Below are positions 10,446 to 20,144 of a DNA stretch of 64,000 nt, piece after piece; the stretch's first letter is position 1; every line of letters starts with the position of its first letter. Under the pieces are notes generated by a model. That model worked only from the letters and a program-made list of their open reading frames with translations. It did not search any database and was not told the DNA's origin. Location: contig CBDCWP010000021.1 in NCBI GenBank assembly GCA_965223505.1, positions 96,001-160,000 on the forward strand. The letters run 5' to 3'. This stretch comes from Planctomycetota bacterium (lineage in GTDB: Bacteria > Planctomycetota > PLA2 > JAEUHO01). The translations under genes were made by a program, and so were the position numbers.

Positions 10446-13250
10446 TTGACCGAGGACCCGAGTCAAGACCCCACCGAGTTCAGCATCCTCGCGAATCTGC
10501 AACGGCAGGGCCGCCGTGCGCCGCGCGTCCACCTGCGCAAGTTGGACGCGGACGAAGGCGAGCGCACGGGCGGCATCGGACGCTACGAGGTGCGCGGGGA
10601 GATCGCGCGCGGCGGCGTCGGCATCGTGCTCAAGGGCCGTGACGTCGACCTGGGTCGCGACGTCGCGATGAAGGTGCTGCGCGAAGAGCACGCCGGCAAG
10701 CCGGATCTCGTACAGCGATTCGTCGAAGAAGCGCAGATCGGCGGCCAGCTGCAACACCCCGGCATCGTGCCGATCTACGAGCTCGGCCTGCGCGACGATC
10801 GCCAACCGTACTTCTCGATGAAGCTCGTCAAAGGCGAGACGCTCGCGGCGTTGCTCGGCAAGCGCGAGAGCCCGGCCCACGACGTACGGCGGCTCGTCGG
10901 GATCTTCGAGCAGGTCTGCCAGACCATGGCGTACGCACACTCGCGAGGCGTGATTCACCGCGACCTGAAGCCGTCGAACATCATGGTCGGCGCGTTCGGC
11001 GAGGTGCAGGTCGTCGACTGGGGCTTCGCGAAGGTGTTGCAGCAAGGCGGCATCGCCGATGAGCGCAAGGCGAAGCGCGCCCGCGACGACTCGACCGTCA
11101 TCACGACCGCGCGCACCGCATCACAGGACGAGTCGGAGATCGGCTCGGTGATGGGCACGCCGGCATACATGCCGCCCGAGCAGGCGCTCGGCCGCGTCGA
11201 GGAGCTCGACGAACGCTCCGACGTCTTCGCGCTCGGAGCGATCCTCTGCGAGATCCTGACCGGCAAGCCGGCGTACCACGGCGATGCGAAGAGCTCGCTT
11301 CGCGCCGCGTCGCAAGCGCGACTGGAGGCGGCGGAGGAAGCACTGCGAACGTGCGGTGCCGACGAGGACCTCGTCCGCATCGCGCGCGACGCCTTGCAGC
11401 CGACCCGCCGCAAGCGTCCGGCGAACGCGGGCATCCTGGCGCAGCGCGTCGCGGCGTATACGGCGTCGCTCGAAGAGCGTGCGCACCGCGCAGCGCTCGA
11501 AGCGGCACAAGCACGGGAGGCCGCCGCGCGCGAACGACGCGCGGCCGCCGAGGGACAAGCGGCAGCGGAAGAAGCGCGCGCCGCGGCGGAGCGCGCCGAC
11601 GCCGACGTGGAACAGCAGCAGCGCGCGCGGCGACAGGCGTTTCTCCTCGGTTCCGCCGCCGTCGTCCTCGTCGTGATCGCCGTCGGGACGTTCTTCTGGG
11701 TGCGCAAGGTCGGACGCGACGAACGGCGCGAGACGGCACGTCGGGTCGAAGCGAGCATGCAGGAAGCCCGCGAACATCGCGCCGCGGGGGATCTCGGCGC
11801 CGCCGCGGCCGCGGCGCGCCACGCCGTCGAGCTGTCGTACGGCAAGTCCGTGGCGCGGGTGTTGGCGGACACGGGCGCGCAGCCGGGGCACGACGTCCGG
11901 CGCCCGCTCTTGCTGCTGCAGGACATCAACGGCGAGCAGGCCGCGAACGTCGCGGAATCCGAGCGCAGGCGCCGCAACGACGAGTTCGTTCGGAGGCTCT
12001 CGGAGATCCGGCTGAGCCGAACCGACGTGATGGCCGACATCGACACCGAAGAGGTCTACGGCGACGCGTTCCGCGAGTTCGGTGTCGACGTGGCGACCCT
12101 TCCGGTCGCGGAGACCGCCGACTACCTGCGCAAGAACGCGCCGGAGATCATGAGCGACGTGGCCGGCTACCTCGACGACTGGGCGCTCGACCTGCATTCC
12201 GACCGGGGCCTCGATGGGAAGAACGAGAAGGGCGAGCTGGTGGCGCGGCTGTTCGACGTCGCCACAGCGATCGATCCCGATCCCTGGCGGCGCAAGCTGC
12301 GCGCCGCGATCGTCGCCGATGACAAGGCGACGCTGAAGGCGCTGGCGTCGGAGAGCGACGTGGAGGCGCTCACGCCGAAGTCCATGGTGCTCCTCGGCGT
12401 GGCGCTGGGGTTCTCGACGATCATGGAGGACGCCGATGCGGGCGAAGCGGTGACCGGGTTCCTGCGCCGCGCGGTCCTCGTCCACCCGGACGACCTGTGG
12501 CTGCGGTTGGCCATGGTCGCGACGTCCATGTTCGCCATCATCGGGCAGGTCGGCGACGAGGACTTCGAGGCGAAGCAGAACGCAGCGGCGCGCGAAGGTG
12601 TGCGCCACCTCACGGCGGCGGCCGCGCTACGACCCGGCAGCGCCGCCATCTTGGGATTCCGGGCGATGCTGCGCATGCACCTGAAGGACTACGAGAGCGC
12701 GGCCGCCGACTTCGAGGATGCGATGCCGCTTCTGGAAGGCGAGGAACGGGCGGCGATCGCCGCCGCGTGGGTCAACATGCTCTGGCTCCAAAAGGAGTAC
12801 GAGCGAGCCTTGAAGGCGGCGGAGACCTCGCTCACGGCCAACCCGGAGAGCGCGGTGCTGCGCAGCCAGGTGGCCGACATGCTCATGCGCGGTCCGGTGC
12901 GCGACGTGAAACGCGCTCTGACGTTGGCCGTCGAGGCGCGGGATCTCTTCCCGGAACAACACGCGTCGTACGACTGGATCGTCGCGAAGGCCCAGTACGA
13001 GAACGGCCTCTACCGAGACGTCCTCGCGACGTGCGGGCCCTTGATCACCGAAGACGGCGAGCGGCAGGCATTCGAGACGCATGCAGTGATTCTCTCGGGA
13101 CTCGCACACGCGGCGTTGAACGAGACGGACAAGGCACAGGCGTTCTATGACGAGGCCGCGGCCGTCATCCAAGGCCGGCCCGTGTTGGAAGACATCGCTC
13201 CGTACTGGGTGAAGCTGAAAGCGCTCTTCGAGGAGTCCGGCGACAAGTAG
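10446..13250 (+). CDS. Second Ser/Thr protein kinase with TM helix and TPR-like region
   Basis: [26 protein letters not shown]; start probably the TTG at 10446, 1 nt after the upstream stop (track start 10170 overlaps the previous gene). Confidence 0.9.
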   Translation: MTEDPSQDPTEFSILANLQRQGRRAPRVHLRKLDADEGERTGGIGRYEVRGEIARGGVGIVLKGRDVDLGRDVAMKVLREEHAGKPDLVQRFVEEAQIGGQLQHPGIVPIYELGLRDDRQPYFSMKLVKGETLAALLGKRESPAHDVRRLVGIFEQVCQTMAYAHSRGVIHRDLKPSNIMVGAFGEVQVVDWGFAKVLQQGGIADERKAKRARDDSTVITTARTASQDESEIGSVMGTPAYMPPEQALGRVEELDERSDVFALGAILCEILTGKPAYHGDAKSSLRAASQARLEAAEEALRTCGADEDLVRIARDALQPTRRKRPANAGILAQRVAAYTASLEERAHRAALEAAQAREAAARERRAAAEGQAAAEEARAAAERADADVEQQQRARRQAFLLGSAAVVLVVIAVGTFFWVRKVGRDERRETARRVEASMQEAREHRAAGDLGAAAAAARHAVELSYGKSVARVLADTGAQPGHDVRRPLLLLQDINGEQAANVAESERRRRNDEFVRRLSEIRLSRTDVMADIDTEEVYGDAFREFGVDVATLPVAETADYLRKNAPEIMSDVAGYLDDWALDLHSDRGLDGKNEKGELVARLFDVATAIDPDPWRRKLRAAIVADDKATLKALASESDVEALTPKSMVLLGVALGFSTIMEDADAGEAVTGFLRRAVLVHPDDLWLRLAMVATSMFAIIGQVGDEDFEAKQNAAAREGVRHLTAAAALRPGSAAILGFRAMLRMHLKDYESAAADFEDAMPLLEGEERAAIAAAWVNMLWLQKEYERALKAAETSLTANPESAVLRSQVADMLMRGPVRDVKRALTLAVEARDLFPEQHASYDWIVAKAQYENGLYRDVLATCGPLITEDGERQAFETHAVILSGLAHAALNETDKAQAFYDEAAAVIQGRPVLEDIAPYWVKLKALFEESGDK

Positions 13251-13306
13251 CGCTCCCCGGCCCGGCTCTGCTAGGGTGCGCGGCCCGTCCCCAGGGAGTC
13301 GCAGTC

Positions 13307-14872
13307 GTGCAGCTCGGTTTCGTCATCGATCACTCGCGCTGCATCGGCTGCCACGCGTGCACCGTCGCCTGCAAGAGCGAGAACGACGTTCCGCTCGGCA
13401 ACTTCCGCACGTGGGTCAAGTACACCGAGACAGGTTCCTTCCCGTCGGTGAAGCGCTCGTTCGCGGTGCTTCGCTGCAACCAGTGCACGAACGCCCCGTG
13501 CGTGACGATCTGTCCGGTGCACGCGCTGGACAAGGGCTCGAACGGCATCGTCGACGTCGATCCCGACCGCTGCATCGGCTGCAAGAGCTGCATGCAGGCG
13601 TGTCCGTACGACGCGCTCTACATCAACGATGCCAGCGGCACCGCACAGAAGTGCCACTTCTGCGCCCATCGCGTCGAGCAGGACCTGGCGCCCGCTTGCG
13701 CGGTCGTCTGCCCCACGGAAGCGATCATCCCGGGCGACTTCGACGACCCCAAGAGCCGCGTCTCGAAGATGCGCGCGTCGGGCGAGTTGAAGGCGCGCAA
13801 GACCGAGGCGGGCACCGGCCCCAACGTCTTCTACCGCGAGGTCGCCGACGCCGGCATCGACCCGCTGCAGACCAACGCGGCCGGCGGCTACCTGTGGGCG
13901 AACCAGATCCCGAACGTGCAGGTCGCGTCGGAGCAATGGGAGGCGATGGAGGCGCGCGCGTCGGGCTTCGGGGCCGCATCGCGCACGGTCTACGACATCC
14001 AGAACCCGCCGCTCTGGGGCTGGAAGGTCTCTGCCTACCTGTTCACGAAGGCGATTGCCGCCGGCGTCGTGGTCGCCGCGACGCCGCTCGTCCTGAGCAC
14101 CATGTTCCACGACGTCCCGTACGGCGAGACGCCGATCGCGTGGGCGGCCGGGATCGGGCTGGCGTTCCTCGCGATCACGGCGGTCCTGCTCGTTGCGGAC
14201 CTCAAGCGCCCCGCTCGCTTCCTCTTCATCCTGCGTTACCCCAACTGGTCCTCGTGGCTCACCCGCGGCGCCGTGATCCTCGGTCTCTACGGGCTCCTGC
14301 TCGTCGTGCTGCTGTTGCTCTTCGCGCTGGGGATCGACCCCGGCTTCACGGCGGCGGCGGTGCTGATGGGACTGACGGCGATCGTCGGCGGACTGACGGC
14401 CGTCTACACCGCCTGGTTGTTCGCCCAGGCCAAGGGTCGCGTGTGGTGGATGCGGCGTCAGCTCGCGCGACATCTCTTCTTCAAGTCGTGGCTCGCGGGG
14501 TGCGCCGTGCTGATCTTGATCTTCTCGGCCGCCCCGTTCGAGTCGTCGGACTGGGCGATCCTGCAGCAGATGTTCGGCCTCGGTCTGATGGCGCATGCCT
14601 TGTTCATCGGCATGGAGTCGACGTTGTTCCCTGCCGGGCGCCGTGCCGAGTTCGAACGCACCGCGCGACTCGTGAAGAAGGGGCCGTTCGCCGTGCAGCA
14701 CAAGCTCGTCGGCGTCGGTGTCGGCGTCGTGGTGCCGCTGCTGTGCCTCGGCGTCGCGTTTGGATCGGAGCCGAGCTGGGTACTGCCGATCGGCGCCGTC
14801 GCCGCTCTGATCGGACTGGCGAGCGAAGAGGACCTGTTGGTGAGGGCCGGGCAGGCGTTGCCCATCCACTAG
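13307..14872 (+). CDS. Fused tetra-[4Fe-4S] ferredoxin (NrfC/DmsB-like) and NrfD/PsrC-type membrane anchor
   Basis: CIGCHACTVAC, CNQCTNAPCVTICP, CIGCKSCMQACP, KCHFC...PAC...CP; then about 8 TM helices with DLKRPARF and SSWLTRG. Confidence 0.9.
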   Translation: MQLGFVIDHSRCIGCHACTVACKSENDVPLGNFRTWVKYTETGSFPSVKRSFAVLRCNQCTNAPCVTICPVHALDKGSNGIVDVDPDRCIGCKSCMQACPYDALYINDASGTAQKCHFCAHRVEQDLAPACAVVCPTEAIIPGDFDDPKSRVSKMRASGELKARKTEAGTGPNVFYREVADAGIDPLQTNAAGGYLWANQIPNVQVASEQWEAMEARASGFGAASRTVYDIQNPPLWGWKVSAYLFTKAIAAGVVVAATPLVLSTMFHDVPYGETPIAWAAGIGLAFLAITAVLLVADLKRPARFLFILRYPNWSSWLTRGAVILGLYGLLLVVLLLLFALGIDPGFTAAAVLMGLTAIVGGLTAVYTAWLFAQAKGRVWWMRRQLARHLFFKSWLAGCAVLILIFSAAPFESSDWAILQQMFGLGLMAHALFIGMESTLFPAGRRAEFERTARLVKKGPFAVQHKLVGVGVGVVVPLLCLGVAFGSEPSWVLPIGAVAALIGLASEEDLLVRAGQALPIH

Positions 14873-14879
14873 GAGTCAC

Positions 14880-17540
14880 GTGACCACGCCCTATCGCACA
14901 TCCCCGTGGGAGCTTCAGGTCGGCCCGGCGCCCGACCAGTGGGACGATTGGGTCGAGCTCGATCCGGCCGCGTGGCCGCAGCGCAAGGAACTCCACTATC
15001 GCTGCGTGCCCACGATCTGCTTCAACTGCGAGTCGGCGTGCGGGCTGCTCGCGTTCGTCGACAAGGCGACGGGCGAGATCAAGAAGTTCGAAGGCAACCC
15101 GGTCCACCCCGGCAGCCGCGGCCGCACGTGCGCGAAGGGCCCGGCGACGATCAACCAGGTCCACGACACCGAGCGCATCCTCCAGCCGCTCAAGCGATCC
15201 GGGCCGCGCGGCTCCGGCAGGTTCGAGTCGGTGTCCTGGGAGGAGGCGCTCGAGGACATCGGCGGCCGCATCCGCAAGGCCCTCGACGAAGACCGCCACG
15301 ACGAGGTCATGTACCACGTGGGCCGCCCCGGCGACGACCACTTCATCCCGCGCATGCTGACGGCCTGGGGCGTGGACGGGCACAACAGCCACACCAACGT
15401 CTGCAGCGCGTCGGCGCGCACGGGCATGGCGCTTTGGTGCGGCGCCGACCGGCCTTCGCCCGACTACACGGACACCAAGTTCATCTTGCTCATCTCCGCA
15501 CACCTGGAGACGGGGCACTACTTCAACCCGCACGCGCAGCGGATCATGGACGCGAAAACGAACGGCGCGCGCATCGCCGTCGTCGACACGCGCCTGAGCA
15601 ACACCGCGACCCACGCCGATCACTGGATCTCCACCTGGCCGGGCAGCGAGGCCGCGCTCCTGCTGGGCGTCGCGCACCAGCTGCTTGCGACGAACCGCAT
15701 CGACCGCGACTACGTGGAGAAGTGGACCAACTGGGCGCAGTACCTCGAGGCCAAGGACGCGGGTGGGCCGGGTACGTTCGATCGCTTCCTCGAGCTGCTG
15801 ACCGCCGAATACGCCGCGTTCACGCCCGCGTACGTCGCGGAAGAGTGCCGTGTGCCGGAAGACACGGTCACCACGCTGGCGGACGAGATCGCCGCGGCCG
15901 AAGGCAAGTTCGCGAGCCACCTCTGGCGCAACGCCGCGAGCGGCAACCTCGGCGGCTGGCAGATCATGCGCTCTCTCATGCTGCTGCACGTGCTGACCGG
16001 CAGCTTCGGCACGCAGGGCGGGCTCAACCCGAACAGCTGGGACAAGTTCGTGCCCAAGCCGAGCGAGTCGCCGCCGCCGATCACGCGCTGGAACGAGCTG
16101 ATCTGGCCCAAGGAGTGGCCGCTCGCGCACTACGAGATGAGCTTCCTACTGCCCCACCTCCTGCGTGAACAAGAGAAGCGCATCGAGGTGTACTTCACGA
16201 GGGTCTACAACCCCGTCTGGACCAATCCCGACGGATGCTCGTGGATCGAGATGCTCGAAGACGAGAGCAAGGTCGGTTGCCACGTCGCGCTCACGCCGAT
16301 CTGGTCGGAGTCGGCGCAGTGGGCGGACTACGTGCTGCCGATGGGGCTGGGGCCCGAGCGCCACGACGTCATGAGCCAGGAGACGCACGCCGGAACGTGG
16401 ATCGGGTTCCGCCAACCGGTGAACCTGGAATACCGGCGCCGCGAGGGCGAAGAGCTCTCGCAGACCCTGGGTACGAACCCGGGCGAGGTGTGGGAAGAGG
16501 CCGAATTCTGGGTGGCGTTGACCCACCGCATCGATCCCGACGGCTCGCGCGGCATTCGCAAGTACTACGAGTCGAAGCAACACCCGGGCGAGCCGATCTC
16601 GCTCGACGAGTACTACGCCGACATCTTCGAGCACTCGGTGCCGGGCCTGCCGGAGGCGGCGAAGGCCGAGGGCCTGGACCCGCTCGCGTACATGCGCAAG
16701 TACGCGGCGTTCGACGTGCCCTACGAAGGACAGCGACGCTACGAGAAGGACGGGTTCAAGACGCCGAGCAAGAAGCTCGAGATCTTCTCGTCGACGCTGG
16801 CGGACTGGGGCCACGCCGACGCCGCGACGCCGGGCTACGTGCGCTCGCACGTGCACTGGCGCAACCTCGCCGACGGCGAGATGACGCTGTTGCCGACCTT
16901 CCGGCTGCCGACGCTCATCCACACGCGCTCGGGCAATGCGAAGTGGCTCCAGGAGATCTCGCACACCAACCCGCTGTGGATCCATCCACAGGACGCGGCG
17001 CGGCTCGGCATCGAGAACGGCGGCTTGGCGCGCGTGAGCACGCGCATCGGCTACTTCGTCCTGCGCGCGTGGGTGACCGAGGGGATCCACCCCGGCATCG
17101 TCGCGTGCTCGCACCACGTCGGGCGCTGGCGCACGCAGCGGGAGATCGGCGGGCAGCGACAGGCGTCGGCGCTCGTGGACATCGAGCGCGGCGACGGCAC
17201 GTTCCGGTTCCGCCAGAAGCAGAAGGTCGAGCCGTACGCGAGCGCCGATCCCGATTCCGAGCGGCTCTGGTGGCACGAGGTCGGCGTCAACCAGAACCTC
17301 ACGTTTCCCGTGCAGCCGGATCCGGTGAGCGGCATGCACTGTTGGCACCAGGTCGTCACGGTCGAGACGGCGAAGGACGACGACCGCTACGGCGATATCT
17401 TCGTGGACACCAAGCTCGCGCGGACGCACTACGAAGCGTGGCTGGAGAAGGCCGTGCCGGCGCCGGGCCCCGGCGGGCTGCGACGGCCGCTGTGGCTCAA
17501 TCGGCCCCTGCATCCCACCGAGGATGCCTACCGGATGTAG
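14880..17540 (+). CDS. Molybdopterin (bis-MGD, DMSO reductase superfamily) oxidoreductase catalytic subunit
   Basis: N-terminal CFNCESAC...CAKG Fe-S motif, SWEEAL, HTNVC (probable Mo-ligating Cys), ESAQWADYVLP, C-terminal dinucleotide-binding domain (HTRS, WIHPQDA). Confidence 0.92.
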   Translation: MTTPYRTSPWELQVGPAPDQWDDWVELDPAAWPQRKELHYRCVPTICFNCESACGLLAFVDKATGEIKKFEGNPVHPGSRGRTCAKGPATINQVHDTERILQPLKRSGPRGSGRFESVSWEEALEDIGGRIRKALDEDRHDEVMYHVGRPGDDHFIPRMLTAWGVDGHNSHTNVCSASARTGMALWCGADRPSPDYTDTKFILLISAHLETGHYFNPHAQRIMDAKTNGARIAVVDTRLSNTATHADHWISTWPGSEAALLLGVAHQLLATNRIDRDYVEKWTNWAQYLEAKDAGGPGTFDRFLELLTAEYAAFTPAYVAEECRVPEDTVTTLADEIAAAEGKFASHLWRNAASGNLGGWQIMRSLMLLHVLTGSFGTQGGLNPNSWDKFVPKPSESPPPITRWNELIWPKEWPLAHYEMSFLLPHLLREQEKRIEVYFTRVYNPVWTNPDGCSWIEMLEDESKVGCHVALTPIWSESAQWADYVLPMGLGPERHDVMSQETHAGTWIGFRQPVNLEYRRREGEELSQTLGTNPGEVWEEAEFWVALTHRIDPDGSRGIRKYYESKQHPGEPISLDEYYADIFEHSVPGLPEAAKAEGLDPLAYMRKYAAFDVPYEGQRRYEKDGFKTPSKKLEIFSSTLADWGHADAATPGYVRSHVHWRNLADGEMTLLPTFRLPTLIHTRSGNAKWLQEISHTNPLWIHPQDAARLGIENGGLARVSTRIGYFVLRAWVTEGIHPGIVACSHHVGRWRTQREIGGQRQASALVDIERGDGTFRFRQKQKVEPYASADPDSERLWWHEVGVNQNLTFPVQPDPVSGMHCWHQVVTVETAKDDDRYGDIFVDTKLARTHYEAWLEKAVPAPGPGGLRRPLWLNRPLHPTEDAYRM

Positions 17541-17751
17541 GGGGGCGCTTGGGCAGCCACAAGGGCAGCCCCTACGGGGAATCGTCACGTGCACGTGAAC
17601 GTGCACGACACCCCGGACCGCGACGCGGTGAACGCGGATACGGATGTAGGGGCGACCCTCGTGGTCGCCCAATTAAACGTCTCTTGGCGTCCCGGGTTGG
17701 GCAGCCACAAGGGCTGCCCCTACACGCGTTCAATGCATGGGCTGCCCCTAC
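17537..17751. repeat. Cluster of GTAG-family REP-like palindromes (REPIN/BIME-like)
   Basis: GTAGGGGCGACCCTCGTGGTCGCCC at 17646-17670 (+); reverse copies GGGCAGCCACAAGGGC(A/T)GCCCCTAC at 17551-17575 and 17699-17723; partial copies starting at 17537 and at 17739-17751. Confidence 0.85.
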
Positions 17752-20045
17752 CGGGACATGTGCAACAACATGAGCGCGCTGGCGGTGCCGAAGTTCTTTC
17801 CGGCGCCGTCCCAGTCCAACCACGTTCCGTCCACCTCGACGACCTGCAACACGTCCTTCCGCAGCTGCTTCATGATCTGCTTGCGTTCCGATTGCGGCAG
17901 CAGCTGCGCCGCGCGCGCCGCGTGGTAGTACGCGAAGAAGTAGAAGTACGCCGAGACGCCGCGGGGCGCAGTCCAGCTCCCCGTCACCTTCGCGACGGTG
18001 CGAAGGTCCGCGCGGTACTGCATGAACGTGTCGAGTGCCGTGCGCACGTCTTCGATCTTCGTCGCCTGCAGCAAGAAGAGCGCGTGCTCGCAACCCGGCG
18101 CCCGCCCGATCGACGACTCGAGCTTGTTGAAGTTCCGCGGCTCGGGATAGGTGTAGGTGAACACGCCGGGCGCGTCGCGCATCTTCATCAGCACGTCCTT
18201 GCCCTTCTCGAGCACCTTGTCCTCGACGACCAGTCCGAGCTTCTTGGCGCGAACCAACGGGATCAGTGACGGCGCGGTGTTCATGCTGTGCACGCGTCCC
18301 TTGTCGGTCTCCGGCCAGCCGCCGAATCCGCCCTTCCAGCGCTTTGCGAAGGCGGCGTTGTAGGACCAGGCCCCGTTCTCGACCTGTCCTCCGACGTGGA
18401 ACGCCACGGCCTTCTGCGCTTCGTGCTTGAAGGACTCGTCCTTCTCGAAGCGGTCGAGAAAGAGGTCGAGCGCGTAGGCGGTTCCGAACGAATCCGCGTT
18501 GGCCACATCTCCTTGCATCCAGTGCTTCAACCAGTCGATCGCCTTCTGCACGGCTGCCGCGGCGCGCGTCTTCTGTTCGCCCTTCAGGGTGTCGGCGCGG
18601 ATGTCGAGCGCGCGCGCGACGAGCGCGGTGACCGGCGGCACCCACTGCATGTGGCGTGCGCCGAGCAGCCACGAACCGTTCGGCTGCTGCTGAGCCAGCA
18701 GGTAGTCGATCGCGTGCTTTTCGAGCTCCTTGACCTTGCCCTCGGCGAACGGAAGCTCGGTCGAGGTGCCCTTGCGGGTGTACTTCGGCTTCTCGAGAAC
18801 CTCGTACATCGCCATGCGCTCGGGCCAGGCGTGCCACGCGCGGACCTTGAGCTGATACGGACTGTCCTTCGGGAGCTTGTTCCACGATTCGACGGCGCCG
18901 TTTCGGTCCGTGGCCTTGTGCTTGCGCGCGCCTTCGATGTAGTCGGCGGGCGGCGGCACGAACTTCGGCTTCTTGCCGATCTTGACCTTCGCCTTCGCGA
19001 GCGCGCCCAGGAGGAACTCGTGGACGAGCTCCGGGTCGAACGTGCCGATCCCCTCGATGCTGTCGACGGGTTTCCCGTCGTCGCCGGTCACGAGCAACGC
19101 AAACGGCTTCACCTCCTTGGCCGAGCTCCCGAGCGGCGCCAGCGGGTCGGGGCCGCGCAGGAACTTCGCCGTCCATGCGTTGCCTCCGTAGTGTGCGCGC
19201 GTCGGGACGAAGTGCGCGCGGACGAGATCGCGGACGTTGGGATCGGCGAGCACCGTCGCGAGGAAGATCTCCTCGACGTCGCTCTTCCCGTTGTCGCCGT
19301 ACGCGCAACGAACGAAGCAGAGCACCGGCTTCTTCTCCGCCTTCGCCTTGGCCATGCCCTGCGCGGGCGTTCCCGCCCACTCGACGAGCTTCATGAACTC
19401 GGGGAGGACGGTCGGCTGCGGCGGCCCGGACATCGGTTGGGGCGCGACGAACTTCAGCGGCTTCTCGGCCTTGATCACCCACCCATGGAACGTCGCGGCT
19501 TGCGCCGCGGCGTCGCGTACGACGTTCGTGACGTCGACGCGGATCTCCGAGATGCCCGGGGCGATCTCGAACGTGACCTCGGGCTCCGGCGCGATCTTCG
19601 GCTGCACGTTCCACGTCGTCTTGTGTTCTTCCCACGGTTCCTGGATCGGATAGATCCCGGCCGCGAGGTTCTCCGTCAGCGGGATGGAGCCCGGCGCCAC
19701 CCGCATGACGAGCTCGGCTGCATGCGCCTTCTCGAGTCCCGTGAGATCGAAGTGCAGGAGCGCTCGATTGCGATCGGTCTGGTCGATCGACATGTTCGTC
19801 ATGCGGCCGAAGTTGCCCTGAGCGAGGTACGAGATCACCATGCCGTCGGCCTTGGCCTTGCGCTCGATCTGCTCGCCGTTCTGACGAACGCAGACGAGCC
19901 TGGGGCCGTCGCCGTGCTCCTTGGTCATGAACTTGACCCACTCGGGGCGCGACGTCGAGCGAGGCTCGGGCTCGTCCTCCTTGCCGCGGGCCGCTCCGGC
20001 CGAGAAACACACCACCAACAACGCCGCTGCGACCACTCGCACCAT
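17748..20045 (-). CDS. Secreted multidomain protein: DNRLRE-like beta domain, thioredoxin-like domain and prenyltransferase/squalene-cyclase-like alpha/alpha toroid
   Basis: Signal peptide; RALLHFDL...W.E...TWN.QP (DNRLRE-like); W...AKAKAEKKPVLCF...VLADPNV...HFVP (Trx-like); LLAQQQPNGSW, QVENGAWSY, DGTW (QW-like repeats). Confidence 0.7.
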   Translation of the reverse strand: MVRVVAAALLVVCFSAGAARGKEDEPEPRSTSRPEWVKFMTKEHGDGPRLVCVRQNGEQIERKAKADGMVISYLAQGNFGRMTNMSIDQTDRNRALLHFDLTGLEKAHAAELVMRVAPGSIPLTENLAAGIYPIQEPWEEHKTTWNVQPKIAPEPEVTFEIAPGISEIRVDVTNVVRDAAAQAATFHGWVIKAEKPLKFVAPQPMSGPPQPTVLPEFMKLVEWAGTPAQGMAKAKAEKKPVLCFVRCAYGDNGKSDVEEIFLATVLADPNVRDLVRAHFVPTRAHYGGNAWTAKFLRGPDPLAPLGSSAKEVKPFALLVTGDDGKPVDSIEGIGTFDPELVHEFLLGALAKAKVKIGKKPKFVPPPADYIEGARKHKATDRNGAVESWNKLPKDSPYQLKVRAWHAWPERMAMYEVLEKPKYTRKGTSTELPFAEGKVKELEKHAIDYLLAQQQPNGSWLLGARHMQWVPPVTALVARALDIRADTLKGEQKTRAAAAVQKAIDWLKHWMQGDVANADSFGTAYALDLFLDRFEKDESFKHEAQKAVAFHVGGQVENGAWSYNAAFAKRWKGGFGGWPETDKGRVHSMNTAPSLIPLVRAKKLGLVVEDKVLEKGKDVLMKMRDAPGVFTYTYPEPRNFNKLESSIGRAPGCEHALFLLQATKIEDVRTALDTFMQYRADLRTVAKVTGSWTAPRGVSAYFYFFAYYHAARAAQLLPQSERKQIMKQLRKDVLQVVEVDGTWLDWDGAGKNFGTASALMLLHMSR

Positions 20046-20144
20046 GAGTCCCTCCGATCAACGGACGACCAGGAGACCCAGCGTAGTCCCGCTCGTCGTC
20101 CGTGTTGTTAGACGGCTGCGAGGATCGGCGGTTCGGTCGGACGG

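Noticed and set aside
14880..17540. Calling the Mo enzyme formate dehydrogenase or polysulfide reductase
   Set aside because: No FDH-type C/U-H motif (it has VCSAS) and no Tat leader; the substrate cannot be assigned from sequence.
17537..17751. CRISPR array
   Set aside because: Repeats occur in both orientations with irregular spacing, and no cas genes are present; the pattern fits REP elements.
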